This document shows positions 37,756 to 51,400 of a DNA stretch of 64,000 bases, piece after piece; position 1 is the first letter of the stretch; each line of letters starts with the position of its first letter. Origin of the DNA: Paraspadella gotoi. Lineage: Eukaryota > Animalia > Chaetognatha. Where the stretch lies: positions 489,623 through 553,622 of the forward strand of contig JBJCIZ010000028.1 of NCBI GenBank assembly GCA_051294375.1, written 5' to 3'. The notes below the pieces were generated by a model. The model was not told where the DNA came from and ran no database searches. It worked only from the letters and a program-made list of their open reading frames with translations. Made by a program: the position numbers and the translations under genes.

Positions 37756-40700
37756 CATTGAAAGAAATGAAAACAAATTTTGGGAAAGAATTTTTAATAC
37801 AGGGAAACAAAATAAAAAAAAGACGTACAATATCAATCAGAATATTAACCCTCTTTGACTTTGTTTTCTCACTCTCTCCAATTTTATACACACCATGTCA
37901 CATTTCTGATTCGGTTCATCCTAGTAATTCGCGACTGTTGACCCGAACGTGAAATCGAAACTTCACAACAAGATTATCACGCTAATTTGGATTTGATTGA
38001 NNNNNNNNNNNNNNNNNNNNNNNNNTCTCTCTCTCTCTCTCTCTCTCTCTCTTCATTTTGAAAGAAATGAAACAAAATTTTGGGAAAGAAATTTTAATAC
38101 AGGGGAAACAAAATAAAAAAAAGACGTAACATATCAATCAGAAATCTTTATAACCCTCTTTGACTTGTTTTCTCACCGTCTTCCATTTTATACACACCAT
38201 GTCACATTTCTTGATTCGGTTCATCCTAGGAATTCGCGACTTTGACCGACGTGAAATACGAAACTCACAACAAGATTATCACGTAATTTGATTTGATTGA
38301 TTCGAATAATTTGATTGATTTTGTCACAATCGCTGAGATTGTTTGATTGTTTGATGAATGTAGTGAATAATTGAACCGTTGATCTATAGGCGCAAAAAAA
38401 CTGTCTGAAAGTCTGATCGACCAAATGATGGATTGCATGATTGATTGATTTTATTGTTTAATTGATCGATTGATTGTTTGATTGATTTACGCTCCCTTTT
38501 TTTAAGCTGCGTGGATTTCCATCCGACTTGCGGTGGAATCGTCGCCGAATCGGGAATCGAAAATTGTCCGTTGGAACAGAGGATAGATCAGTCGGACAGA
38601 CTGTTGTTCAGGTGAGATAGATCTGTTGGACAGACTGTTGTTCAGGTGAGATAGATCTGTTGGATAGATTGTTGTTCAGGTCGGTGTGACCATCACTGAA
38701 TAAATAAATAAATAAGTCAGAAAAGTTACATTCTTAAGTTATATTCATTCTAAATTAATATTTAAACCATTCCAGTCCGCACGTGGTTTTGCTGTGGAAC
38801 GTTTTCGACCCCGTCTTTCCAAAATTGGTTCTCTCGGCTCCGGGTGAGAGTCTCTTGATCTGTCTCTGTCCCTGTCTGTGTGTCTCTCTCTCTCTAACCT
38901 CTTTCCTTCCATCCCTTCCCTTTCTCTCTTCCCTCTCTTCTCCCTTCCCCGCTCTCTCTCTCTCTCTTTGCAATTGTTTTCGTGATTGTGTGTGAATGAT
39001 GAGGTTGAATGGTTGGTGCGGTCGTCTTCGCTACAGCAATAACGACATCGAATATAGCATATGCAAAACACGACGTGCAACATTTGATAGAAAATACCCG
39101 TCATCTTCTAAAAGTCGACCCAACGACAAAAAACCTGAACACACAAACAACACACGATGACCATCCACCCACAGAAACGGATCGAAAAAAGCCACAACAA
39201 TAATCATGCGCCAGCACCAACAGACAAAAAATCAATCATAACCAACACAACTACACTTTGGGAGAGACTTCGATTGAGCAGCCTTGCTGGGACGTCGCTA
39301 TGCTCATGTCGACCTGGAGGGCTGAACACGCAGCAAAGCTGGTCCAAGAGTCAGCGGGGCAATGATAGGCTGTATTTTTTGCAATGACAGAGATGCATTT
39401 TTTTTGCTATTGGCTTGTCACCATGCCAGGTCTTTGTGCCCCCCCCTTCTCTTCACGCAGCACTCTCGCACGGCGGATTCTCATGCGGCGACGATTCGGC
39501 GGGATAATTAGACGACACTTCTGGTCTCCGTACCTCATGAGATTAAGCTGGGCAGTGTTTCCGAGACAGGCCTCAAGCTGCAGCAATGTGGTGCTCTCTT
39601 CCTCTCGTCTCTTGCTCTCTCTCTCTGCCCCCGTCCCCTCTGCCTGTCCTCCCCCTTCTCCTGCTCCTCCTCGCCTCTCTCCTCCTCCGCATCCCCCCCC
39701 TCCTCCTCCTGCCCTCCTCCTCTCTCCTCTCCTCTCTGCCTCTCTTCCCATCTTTGAAAGACATGCACACACACAATCTCCCTCTGCGCGCCACACGACA
39801 CATCTCTCTAATTACAGGGGACACCACCACCACACTCAAAAAACACCCGCAGCCACGTACACATCAACTCACCTCAGCCAACATCCTCTCACTCACCTCC
39901 TTCCCCGCACTTCCGCCTCTCTCTCTCACGCTGTCGTCCCCCCACTTTCCTCATATCCACACGCATCTCACACTTTCTTGCATTGGTCTCATCTCCCCGC
40001 GAATCTCGCCGCACTCCTTCGACCGACGCCTCGCACACACTACCGCACACACTCCACATCACCCACGACTCTAATCACGTCAAGTCCTCCTCCGCATCTT
40101 CGATCTGATCTCGAAATTCTGACTTCGACGTCCTCTTGTCCACATCGCTGCGCATTCGGTTTTCGCACTTTCGTCTCTGACTGAACCTCGCCTCAGTCGC
40201 ACCCTCACCCACCCTCTGACACACCTCCCGCTCTTTGCCTTCCTGCCGCCTCTACTCACGCGCGCAACAAAAAAACTGGTTGAAAGTCCTGCATCCGACC
40301 AACCATCGCATCGCGCAGCTTGCCGCACTGCACTCTCCGCATCCTCTCCGCACTCTTCCTTACTCTCGTTTCCACTTCTGCATCCGCATTGCATGTGTTT
40401 GACTTGACTTTACGCGCTCCCCTTTCTTCTCTTCCAAGCTGCGTCCGCGATTTCGCACTCCGCACTCTGCCGGTGGAATCGTCGCCGAATCGGGCAAAGC
40501 GAAAAGTTGTCCTTGGAACAGAGGATAGAGGATCAGTCGGAGACAGTACTGTTGTTCAGCGGGTGAGAATAGATGCTGTCCTTCGGACTAGACTGTCCTG
40601 CTTCTCGAGCGCTACCGAGTTGATCAGTCGGAGGAGACTGCTGTTGCGGGTTGGTGTGACCATCACTGAATAAAGGACGCACGGTCCTTACTATAAATTT

Positions 40701-42380
40701 TTTAGTTCTTCCCCCAAGACGACCCAAAAAAGTTTCCTCTTACCTCTCTGTAAGTTCATCCACCCTTCATTCTACACTTCACACTCATCTTAAACCATCT
40801 CCCCGTCCCCGCACGTGGCTCTTCGCTGCTTCGGCAACCGCTCTTCGGATGCCAGTCTTTTCCAAAAATTGGTTCTCTCCGCAGCGGCCTCCCGCGCGCT
40901 GCCCACGAGTCTGCTGATCTGCTCTCTGTCCTGTCTGTGGCTCCGTCTCTCTCTCTCTCTCGCACTCTTCTGCCTCACTCCTCTCCTTCCTCTCCCTCTC
41001 CCTTCTTCTTCTTCCCCGTCTCTCCATCTTCTCTCTCTATGCTCTCTCTCTCTCTCTCTCATCTCTCTCCTCTCCCTCTCTAGCACCTCCACCTTCTTCA
41101 TCCCTGTCCTTTCTCTCTCCTTCTCTTCTCACCTTCCCCGCTCCCTCCCCTCTCCTCCCTCTCCACCCTCTCTCTCTCTCTCGTCGTCTCTCTCTCGTAT
41201 GCTGCTCTCTGCTCTCTCTCTAAACGCTGGCTTTCCTTCCATCCCTTCCCTTCTCTCTTCCGTCTCTTCTCCCTTCCCGCCTCTCCTCTTCCCTCGTCTC
41301 TATCTCTTCTCCTCTCTCTCTAATCGTGCTCTCTCTCTGCTCTCTAAACCTTCTTTCCTTCCATCCCTTCCCTTTTCTGCTCTTCCCTCTCTTCTCCCTT
41401 CCCGTCCTCGTCTCTCTCTCTCCTTCCTCCTCCTTCGCCTCCGCCTCCCGCCGCCTCTCTCTCCTCCTCTTCTCTCACTCACTCCTCTCCTCACTCTCTC
41501 TCTCCTCCTCACCCCCTCCTCCTGCTTCNNNNNNNNNNNNNNNNNNNNNNNNNTCTCTCACCCTCCCTCTCTTTTCCAGAGGACGTGATGCGTTTCAAAT
41601 TCAACACGACAATCCCGGCTTTCGTCGTCGGCGGATGCTTCAACGGGCAAATCGCTCTGTGGGATCTTTCCCTGCACCAACATCTCATCGACGCTGGAGA
41701 GATGCAGTCCGGGTAAGTTCAGATCAGAGCGAGGGTAAGGTCTTGGCGGGATGAGGAGGAGGGGTGAGAATTTTTGGAGAGGGGACAAGGGTCCTGGGTC
41801 GGCGGGTCTCTTTGTGGCCCGTGGCGAGCGTTTGGAGTAAGAACAATAATCTTTTTTAACTCTTTGATATGCACATTTATTCAAAACGAGTTTACGTTAA
41901 ATATGTGCTATACCTTTATTGATGACTATCGGGACTGAGGCCGTTTATAATTTTTATTTCGTTTCTATATTTAACAAAACTAATTAGATTGAAAATATAA
42001 AATGAAGCATTAACTATTAAGAATAAATGAATAAACACCTTAGAAGCCTGTAGACTTTTATTGAAATAGAAATACACGATCAGTGACAAAATAATGTGTT
42101 TTATACATTAGGGCTGAGAGATAAATCTTTTTGATCAACTTTGTTTTTAATTTAAATTTTTTTTTACCCAAAAACCGCATTGGGATTTTATTACGAGACA
42201 GAAAAAAAAAGGTAATGATAAAAACGAGTAGAAAGATAAACCGTTACTGGTTGGGTTCAAGTTGGCGAAAGTTAAATAAGCTCAACAATTGTACGAATAG
42301 AAGGAGCTTTTGGGGATAAAAATTTTATTTGAGTAAAGAAACAAGGATATTTAGACGTGAGATAATATGATTAGCGAGTA

Positions 42381-42459
<79 letters not shown>

Positions 42460-45400
42460 AATCCTTTCGTTTCGTTGTGTTAGTTGATTATCAAAAAGAC
42501 GAATTTGATTTTCAACAACGATTCGTTTTTATTTTTAATCCGATGAGTAAATATTTGTAGGGGGAATTCAAAATTTTTTTTATAATTTAACTTTGGTTAT
42601 AATTTTTTCTCAATTTGTATGTTTTCGTAGCTTACGTATTATTTTAATTTAGGCTTTTGTATAAGCAATTGTCTACTTTTATGAAATTGGAACAACTAAT
42701 ATAAAAATTATCCATTCATTTCCCTGACTTTGGGACAGGCTTTGGTGGTTTAGGGCCTCCATCACTCTTACAAGATAATGACATAGCAGGTCCCTGCAAG
42801 CTTTCAATCAAGACTCTCTCACAGTCTCGTTTATTCACTCCCAGACGACCTGGCTTCCCTATCAATTATTATATTTTTCTTACGCTACTAAAAAACAAAA
42901 AACTCGAATGAGATTTCGTACTTCGTTTTCGTCGTCGACGTCATCCCTATTGTCGTCGTCGACGTCTTCCCTAATGTCTCGTCTTCCCTAATGTCATCGA
43001 AAGGCTCAAACAAAAAGACGTCGAGAAACAAAAGCTCAGTTTCGGATTAAAGACGGTTTCACTGTGAATGAGTGAAACGCGTTCGTCGATCACAAAAAAT
43101 TCACTCTCTCTCTCTTTTTCTTCACTCCAGCGCCCGCGGAAGCGTCTCGTCCGGATCCTCCAAGAAAGAAACAGAGTTGGACACTAAACTCAACTTGACT
43201 CTCTCTCGTCTCTTCTCGCGCCGCTGCTCGTCTCTCCCCGCCCGCCACTGTCTCTCTCTTTCTCTGTGCAGCGTCCAGGGCGCCCGCGGAAGGGCGTCGG
43301 TCGTCCGGATGCCTGCCGAAAAAAACAGGTTGGACGACGTAAACTCACGTTGACTTCGTCTCTGCTGGCTCTCTCGCCGGCCGCTCTCTCTGGCGTCCCC
43401 CCACCGACTCTCTCTCTCATCTCTCGACTGCCGAGCGCCTCGGAAGGTCGTCGTCCGGATCCTTGCGCAAGAAGAGAAACAGTTGCACTAAGTCTCAACG
43501 TTGACTGCGCGTCGTCTCGTCTCTCCCGCCCCTCTCTCTCTCTCGCCCCCCGACTCGTCTTCTCAGTTGCTTTGCTCTTCAAGCGTCGCAGCCGTGGCTC
43601 CCGCGCCGGAAGCGTGCGGTCCGGATCCCCAAGAAAGAAAACAGGTTGGCGACACGCTAAACGTCAAGCTGACGTCTCTCTCTCGCCCAGCCCACAACGT
43701 GCTCGGTCGTCTCTGTTGGCTGCTTTCACTCCAGGCGCGCCGCGGAAGCGCTCTCGTCGCGATCCTGCGAGCAGTAAAGAAACAGAGTGGCGACACGTGA
43801 AACTCAACTTGAGCCGGTCTACGTTGCGAGCGTCGGGCGAGGCAGCGTCGACGGGTCTCACGCGGACCGTGACGTTGCAGCGGCCTGCCCGGTCGTGTGG
43901 ATAGGTCGATCTCTCTCGGTGGTTGTGTGTGTGTGTGTGNNNNNNNNNNNNNNNNNNNNNNNNNGTAATTTTTTTATTGATTGAATGATTTATTTGATTG
44001 ATTGATTTGATTGTTTTGATTTATTACGTTCATTCGAATTCCGGTTAATTGATTGATTGAAGNNNNNNNNNNNNNNNNNNNNNNNNNNNNNNNNNNNNNN
44101 NNNNNNNNNNNNNNNNNNNNNNNNNNNNNNNNNNNNNNNNNNNNNNNNNNNNNNNNNNNNNNNNNNNNNNNNNNNNNNNNNNNNNNNNNNNNNNNNNNNN
44201 NNNNNNNNNNNNNNNNNNNNNNNNNNNNNNNNNNNNNNNNNNNNNNNNNNNNNNNNNNNNNNNNNNNNNNNNNNNNNNNNNGTTTGATTGATCGATACAT
44301 TCCGGTTAATTTATTGATTGAAGGCTAGTTTGATTGATTGATACATTCCGGTTAATTGATTGATTGAAGGATAGTTTGATTGATCGATACATTCCGGTTA
44401 ATTGATTGATTGAAGGCTAGTTTGATTGATTGATTGATTGATACATTCCGGTTAATTGATTGATTGAAGGATAGTTTTTAGTTTTTTTTTAAATCCTGTT
44501 CTTGTTTCTTCTTCTCTACTCGTCCACTTCCCCTCCCCTTAAATTCTCCCCCCCCCAGACCACTTTTCCGTCGATCGATTCGGTCAACCCTGGGAACCGC
44601 GCTCCCTCGAATCCTATCAATTCATGACGGCGGGATCCGATTTTAAGATTCTCATCTGGGACGTGAGAGGAAGAGGCGGACGACACATCGTGGAGACCGG
44701 TGATTGGTCGAAACGCTGAGACATTTTTTTTCTCATTGGTCGAGAGAGTTTGTTTTTTTTGGGGGGGGGTGGGAGATATGAATCTATTTGTGGTTAAGCC
44801 TCTATCTATGCTCTGGTCAGGGAAAAGATGTAAGTAGGATAAGTATGTATTAATANNNNNNNNNNNNNNNNNNNNNNNNNNNNNNNNNNNNNNNNNNNNN
44901 NNNNNNNNNNNNNNNNNNNNNNNNNNNNNNNNNNNNNNNNNNNNNNNNNNNNNNNNNNNNNNNNNNNNNNNNNNNNNNNNNNNNNNNNNNNNNNNNNNNN
45001 NNNNNNNNNNNNNNNNNNNNNNNNNNNNNNNNNNNNNNNNNNNNNNNNNNNNNNNNNNNNNNNNNNNNNNNNNNNNNNNNNNNNNNNNNNNNNNNNNNNN
45101 NNNNNNNNNNNNNNNNNNNNNTCTATTTCACTTCATTAATTTATTACAGTAGTTAATTGTTAATTTAATTTTAACTTTGTTGTACATTTCACAATGTATT
45201 ATATTTTTGAGCACTTCAAATTCACACATTGAATTGGCGCTGAAGAGTCGAAACATGTCAGTTGATATATCTCTTATCAAAACTTTGTTCTAAATAATTC
45301 ACAACGAAACAGAAAGGAAAAATACAACAATAACAAAGGGATTGAAAATTTCCTGAATTTAACTTTAACGACACATTGATATATTATTTTCATGAGGAGA

Positions 45401-48400
45401 TTTCCCGGAGAAAATGCGTTAGACGATTTAATTCGGCATTGTGGTAAAAATAGTCAGCTAATAATAGTAATAATTAGTAATTAGTAATCAGCAACTTGAA
45501 ATTCTTACATTGAGTCGTATCTTTCTCCTCCTCTTCATCCTCCTCCTTCAGCCAACAAAGTTTATCGCGGCAACGCCGACAAGATCCAGCGTCAGCAGAT
45601 GGAAGCCCCTTGGACCTTCAAGTTTCTGCAGCAGCAGTGGCAGCCGCTGGTCGTCATGAAGTTTCAACATCCCGACAGCACCATTATTTCGAGGTTGGAA
45701 AGGAGAGATTTGGGTGTCACAAAAAATTAAAGGAGAGTCTAGTTAATATTGAAGAGTCAGTAATTATTGTTATGTGTTAGTGACAGAACAAAGAAAGAGA
45801 GATTGATACTTCCTTGTTGGTGAAGGATTGATGATTAAGGCTATAGTAGTGAATGATTCGTTATCATTCCGGTTAATTTATTGAGTGAGGCTAGTTTGAG
45901 TGAGAGCGCACATGAGCGAGAGAATAGTGTCTGGTCTGATGATTACGCGACTCGACATGTACCGGTTATGTAGTGAGGAGAGGAAGGCCTAAGTTGTTTG
46001 ATGCTATGTAGATCTGAGAATTGGATACATTTGCCTGGGTTAATTTGATTGATTGAAGGGATGTGTTTTAGGTTTTTTTTTTAAAATCGCGTTCTTTGTT
46101 TTTCTTGCGTCTACTTCCGTGCCACATTCCCCTCGACCCTGTAAATTCTCCCCCCAGCTCAGCTTTTCCGTGTGCGATCGATTCGGGTCACCCTGGGATA
46201 TGCCGTGAGACGATTTGGTGCGTTCCGTAGAAGCCGGTAGCTGGAGATGCCACGCACGCGGCACGATACACAACTACGGAGTATTAGATATCGGTACAGG
46301 ATGCGCGATTTAAAGGGAGTTATTACTGGGATGTGGACGAGGCGAGAGTAAGGAGGGTGGATCGAGTGGACGAACACATCTGTGGTGAGACCGGTAGATG
46401 CGTGGTCGCTGAGAACGGTAGCTGAGCACATGATTTTTGTGTTCGGTTACGATCATCTTGGGTGCGAGGCGGTGGAGCAGTTGTAGTAGGTTCGTAGGTG
46501 TGGTTGGGAGGGAGGTGGATAGAAGTAGTAGAGTTTGTGGTGAGAGCAGCCTCTATCCTTTGTCATCTGGAGTCATGTGGAAAAGAGTAGGCGGGGAGTG
46601 AGGGTGCGGGTGAGGTAGGTTGTGTCATATGATGAGATAGTCGTGACTGATTTGAAATATAGAACGGGAACAGTCGGGGTAGCAGGTACGTAAGACATGA
46701 TTGGAACACATGGGATTGGATCTGTGGATCATCTTGGCTGGTTATAGAGAATGTGTACGCGGAGCCGAATTATAATACTCAGGTTAGTTTTCTGACGTAG
46801 CGTCCACTGGCTAACGGTGGACACACACTCGGGGGCAGTCTCAATTTTGGGAGCTCTTCTTCATTAGCGTGTGCGTGAGAAGTTTACGAAGCGGCTACGA
46901 TATTATATATATATATATATTTTCAACATTTCTTTAAATTTATTTCATTTCATTTAATTTATTAGCAGTAGTTAAATTTGGTTAATTATATTGTGTAGTG
47001 AACTCGAGTTGTGTTGTAATATTCACAATGTATTTGTGATTTTGGAGCACTTCAAATTCACACATGGTGAATTTGGGGCGGGCTGAAGAAGACTCGTAAT
47101 GTGTAGTCGTAACATGTCAGTTTGTTATATCTCTTATCAAAATCTTATGTTCTAAATAATTGTCACGAACGAAACAGGAAAGGAAAAATAATCATACAAT
47201 AACAAAGGGATTTGGAAAATTTCCTGAATTTAACTTTAACGAATCACATTTGTATATAATAATTGTACAATCAATAGTATATTAATTATGCCATTCATTT
47301 ATAATAAAGGTCTTATCTTGTCTCTCCTGAACGTTTGGAAACAGGTCTTGTGGTGTTTAATGGTCCCGGCATCACTCTTTACAGAGATAATGACCATAGC
47401 AGGTCCCTGCAAGTTTTCAATCAAGGACTCTCTGCTACAGATCGTTTGTTTTATTCACTGGTCCCAGAGTATACCGACGTGGGATTCACCTATGATACGC
47501 AATTGAAAATGATAATTCAGTCAAGTGAGTGGGCAGTGCTTAAGTTACATTTATTCTGAGAGGGAGAGAGGAGAGAGAACGGAGACAGATTATATATATA
47601 TATATAAATGAAAGAGTAGCGTGAAATTATCATCACTCTATTCACATGGTAGGTAGATAGTTATCGAGTACTGGCGGCCTCCCGGATACGAAAATGCGCG
47701 TGAACGAATAGGCGCTGATCGCACTCCCACTCTCGCATTGTGGGGTAAAATATATAGTCAGGCTAAGTAATGAGATAAATTTAATTAGTATTAGTAATAT
47801 CAAGCAACTTGAGTACGATCTGTATGTCGTCTTAACATGTGAGGATGGAATATTGTGTTCTCTGCCTCTTCATTGCGCTCCTGCCTTGTCATGCAACAGA
47901 GTAGAGAGTCGGGTTTGTGGTCAGCGCCGGACTCAACAGATCAATGCGTCTAGCTATGATGGAAGCCCTTGTGATCCTTCAGTTTTCTTGCAGCTATGCT
48001 TATGGCAGCCGACATGTTGGATGAGGCTGTCGTCATGAAGTTATGCGAGATACAACCGGGTTCGTGATGGAGTGTTGAGATGACTGAACACCATTATTTC
48101 GAGGTTGGAAAGGGAGGGAGAAGTTGGGGTGCGGTGCCACAAACAAAATTAATAAGAGGATGATGTCGAGGTTAATAATAATTGAACGAGGGTCAGTAGG
48201 ATTTATTGGTTGATGTGTTAGTTGACAGAACCGTTCATTACATTAGAGCTCAGTCCCTGAGTCTTTCGGATTCATGGCTGTATTACAACCGGAGGTTAGC
48301 AGGCGGGTTTTATAGCTGCCCGTCGTCCCTCTTTTAATCTGCTAGGGTGCGACCAACCTTGGCTTTACGAATGCACGGAACTTTTGGTTGGGGAGGCTGA

Positions 48401-51400
48401 ATGACTTGCCTTAGCTGATGGGAACGGTCCTTGGTGGTATTTTTAGTACTTACCATAATATCTTTACGGATTTACAAAGTACGTTTACCAGTTTGTGTTG
48501 AGTATCATCAACTGATGTACGCGTACTTGGCAAATACTATTTTTGCAACATGCGCTTCAGGTTCTCATTGCGAAATCTCCAAATATTTGCCTAGTACTGG
48601 TTTTTTCAATATTTTAAATATATGTTAATATTTTATTATAATTTACTAATTTTTATTATAGTTATTTTGTGATTTTTAATGTTAATGAAATCATTGTGTC
48701 TATGAGAATGCGGACAGGGAATTTTCTAGAACTAGATGTACGCTTTATTGAATGGAATATCTAGCGTCGGAAACACGAATTGCCTCAACGAGAGGATCGG
48801 TCGATTAATCAAAACTATTTCAAAATATAAGTTTAATTTAATTGTAATCTAATTTTAAATTAATTATATTAAGAGGTCAAAGGAGATAAATAATATCATT
48901 AAAAGTCACTAGGGGGTTTCGGGGAAAAAAAATATAGTTGCCGAAGAATACCAGCACAATCTAAACCTTCCTGGATTTTTTAAAAACATTCGTTAAGACA
49001 AATTTTTTACAGTGAACGATTAGTAAAAGCAATTTTAATTTCTCTTGAAGAGCAAAATTAAATGAATTTCCTGAATTAAGGATANNNNNNNNNNNNNNNN
49101 NNNNNNNNNGACAGTACCGTTCAATATAAGCAGTCCCTGAGCTTCGGGTTTGGTAAACGGAGGGCGAATGACTTGCCTCCCTTTAAATGAGGCACCAATG
49201 GCCAACTTGGATGACCTCGGTTATTTTAATTACTGAATGATTAGGTGGATTTTTAGTAACTCACCATATAATATCTTTACGGATTTACAATAGTACTTTA
49301 TCCAGTTTGTGTTGAGTATATCAACTAGTACGGTACTTGGCAAAATACTATTTTGCAAATGTGCATGCTTATCGCCAGGTTATTCTCTTCAATATTCTGC
49401 AATTTTCCTAGTACTGTTTTTTCAATATTTTAATATATGTTAATATTTATTATAATTTACTAATTTTTATTATTTATGATTTTTGTGATTTGTTAATAGT
49501 TAAGAATTCATTGTGTTTGGAGCACAGCGACAGGAATTTTGAACTAAGATTGACGATATTATTGAATGAGAATATCTAGGCGTCGGAAACGATCGAATTG
49601 CCTCGAGGAGGATCGGTCGATTAATCAAAACTATTTCAAATGATTAGTTAATTTAATTGTAATTTAATTGTATTAATATGATTAAGGGTCAAATGGAAAA
49701 TGCAAGTAAATAGTTAATCATTAGCCATAGGTGGGCGGGGAAAAAAAATAAGTGAAGAATACACCGAAATAAATCTGGATATCTTTAAACAAATTCGTAT
49801 TAATAGACTAAACGTTAAACTTTTACAGTAACGATTGTCAAAACAATTTTAATTCTCTTGAAGAGCAAAATTACATGAATTTCCCTGTAATTATAGGATA
49901 TGAAAGAGCTTAAGGTTAATGTCTCGACTAGTATTATGATTAGATTAACCTAATAATACTCAGACTTAAAAATCTTACAATCATTCATTGAAATGACCAC
50001 GACCGAATTTATCATGTCAGTTGCATTCTGTCCATTTAGACATTCATTTAGACATTCCAGGTTTCGTTCATTTTTCGCTTCAGCGGTTAGACATTCATTC
50101 ACGTCATGCACTCTCTAAATAAAGGTAATCTATTCATAATCATTGAATTAAATTTAAACTTTAGATACATTCCATTCGTTCGAATTTCGAATCGGATTCA
50201 ACAACCATATCCAATTCCCCTTAGACATATTACATCTTTTCGAAACGCCCTCTACATTCTCAATCATCATATCCCACAGATGACGATCATATCGATAAGC
50301 GTTGTATGACATTCCTCATTCGTTCATGTTCAAGATCCGGTCGTGATACACTTGCGGATAATTACGGAAATATCGATAATCGCTTGCGACCGACTTTTAA
50401 GCACATTCATCGGTAAATCCTTCATTGATTTACGCGAACCAATCTCGACAATTCAGTTGTTTGCATATTTCAGGTCTTACTAACCACTTTATGTGGGGAG
50501 ACGGACAAGGTCTTTTCTTCGCCGATTTCCGGCTCCTGATTAAGAACGTTCATTAGAAGAAATGTTGTGGTTCGATCGGGGTTAGGACACTTGATTTGTC
50601 TGTTATTTTTGGTGTTTTGTTCTTTTTAGATTAATTACGGTCTAATTGAATCGTTGGTTTAGTTTCATTGTTTTTTATCGTTGGCTTTACATTTATAGAG
50701 GCTACTTGTCTCTCGATATCGTTCATTGTTATCTGTTCATTCCAGACATGGTCAGCTGCAAATTAGATGCTAATTGTCATCTCGATGATATTGTATGTAA
50801 TTTTAAAATTCCTTTTTGGTGAATATAAGTGTTTCTGTATTTTTTTGTTCAACTAATTTATGTACTTACACATAGCCGTCTTGGAATCATCGCCGATCCC
50901 TCTTGAATTTCCTGAATAAGATTGGAAAGAGCTTAAGTTAATGCCCGACTACATATTTAACCAATACCTTAATCTAATCAAAGACTACGACGATCGTTAT
51001 TGATCGTCGGGCCCAGCAATAAAGTATTTACATTGAATAAATTAAACTTATAATCGATCGAATCGGATTTTCAAACCAACCATCCCCTTAAAATCTAAAC
51101 GCCCTCTCCAATCCAACCCAGATACGATCAGATCGAAGCGGCTCGTCAAGATCCGGCGGCGGCGAAACGAAACGGCGACCGGAAATCTTTGCCGAACATC
51201 CGGACAAAGTTTCATATCGGCACCGGAGACGGACAAGTCTTCTTCGCCGATTTCCGGCTCCTGAAAAGTTAGAAATGGGTGGGGGGGGGTTTGTGTTTTG
51301 TGTTTTGTTTTTTAATTCGTATGGTTTGGTTTTGTTTTTTTTTTGTTTACTTGGTCGTGGTCGTCGGTTGTAATTGTAATTGTAATTGTAATTGTTGTAA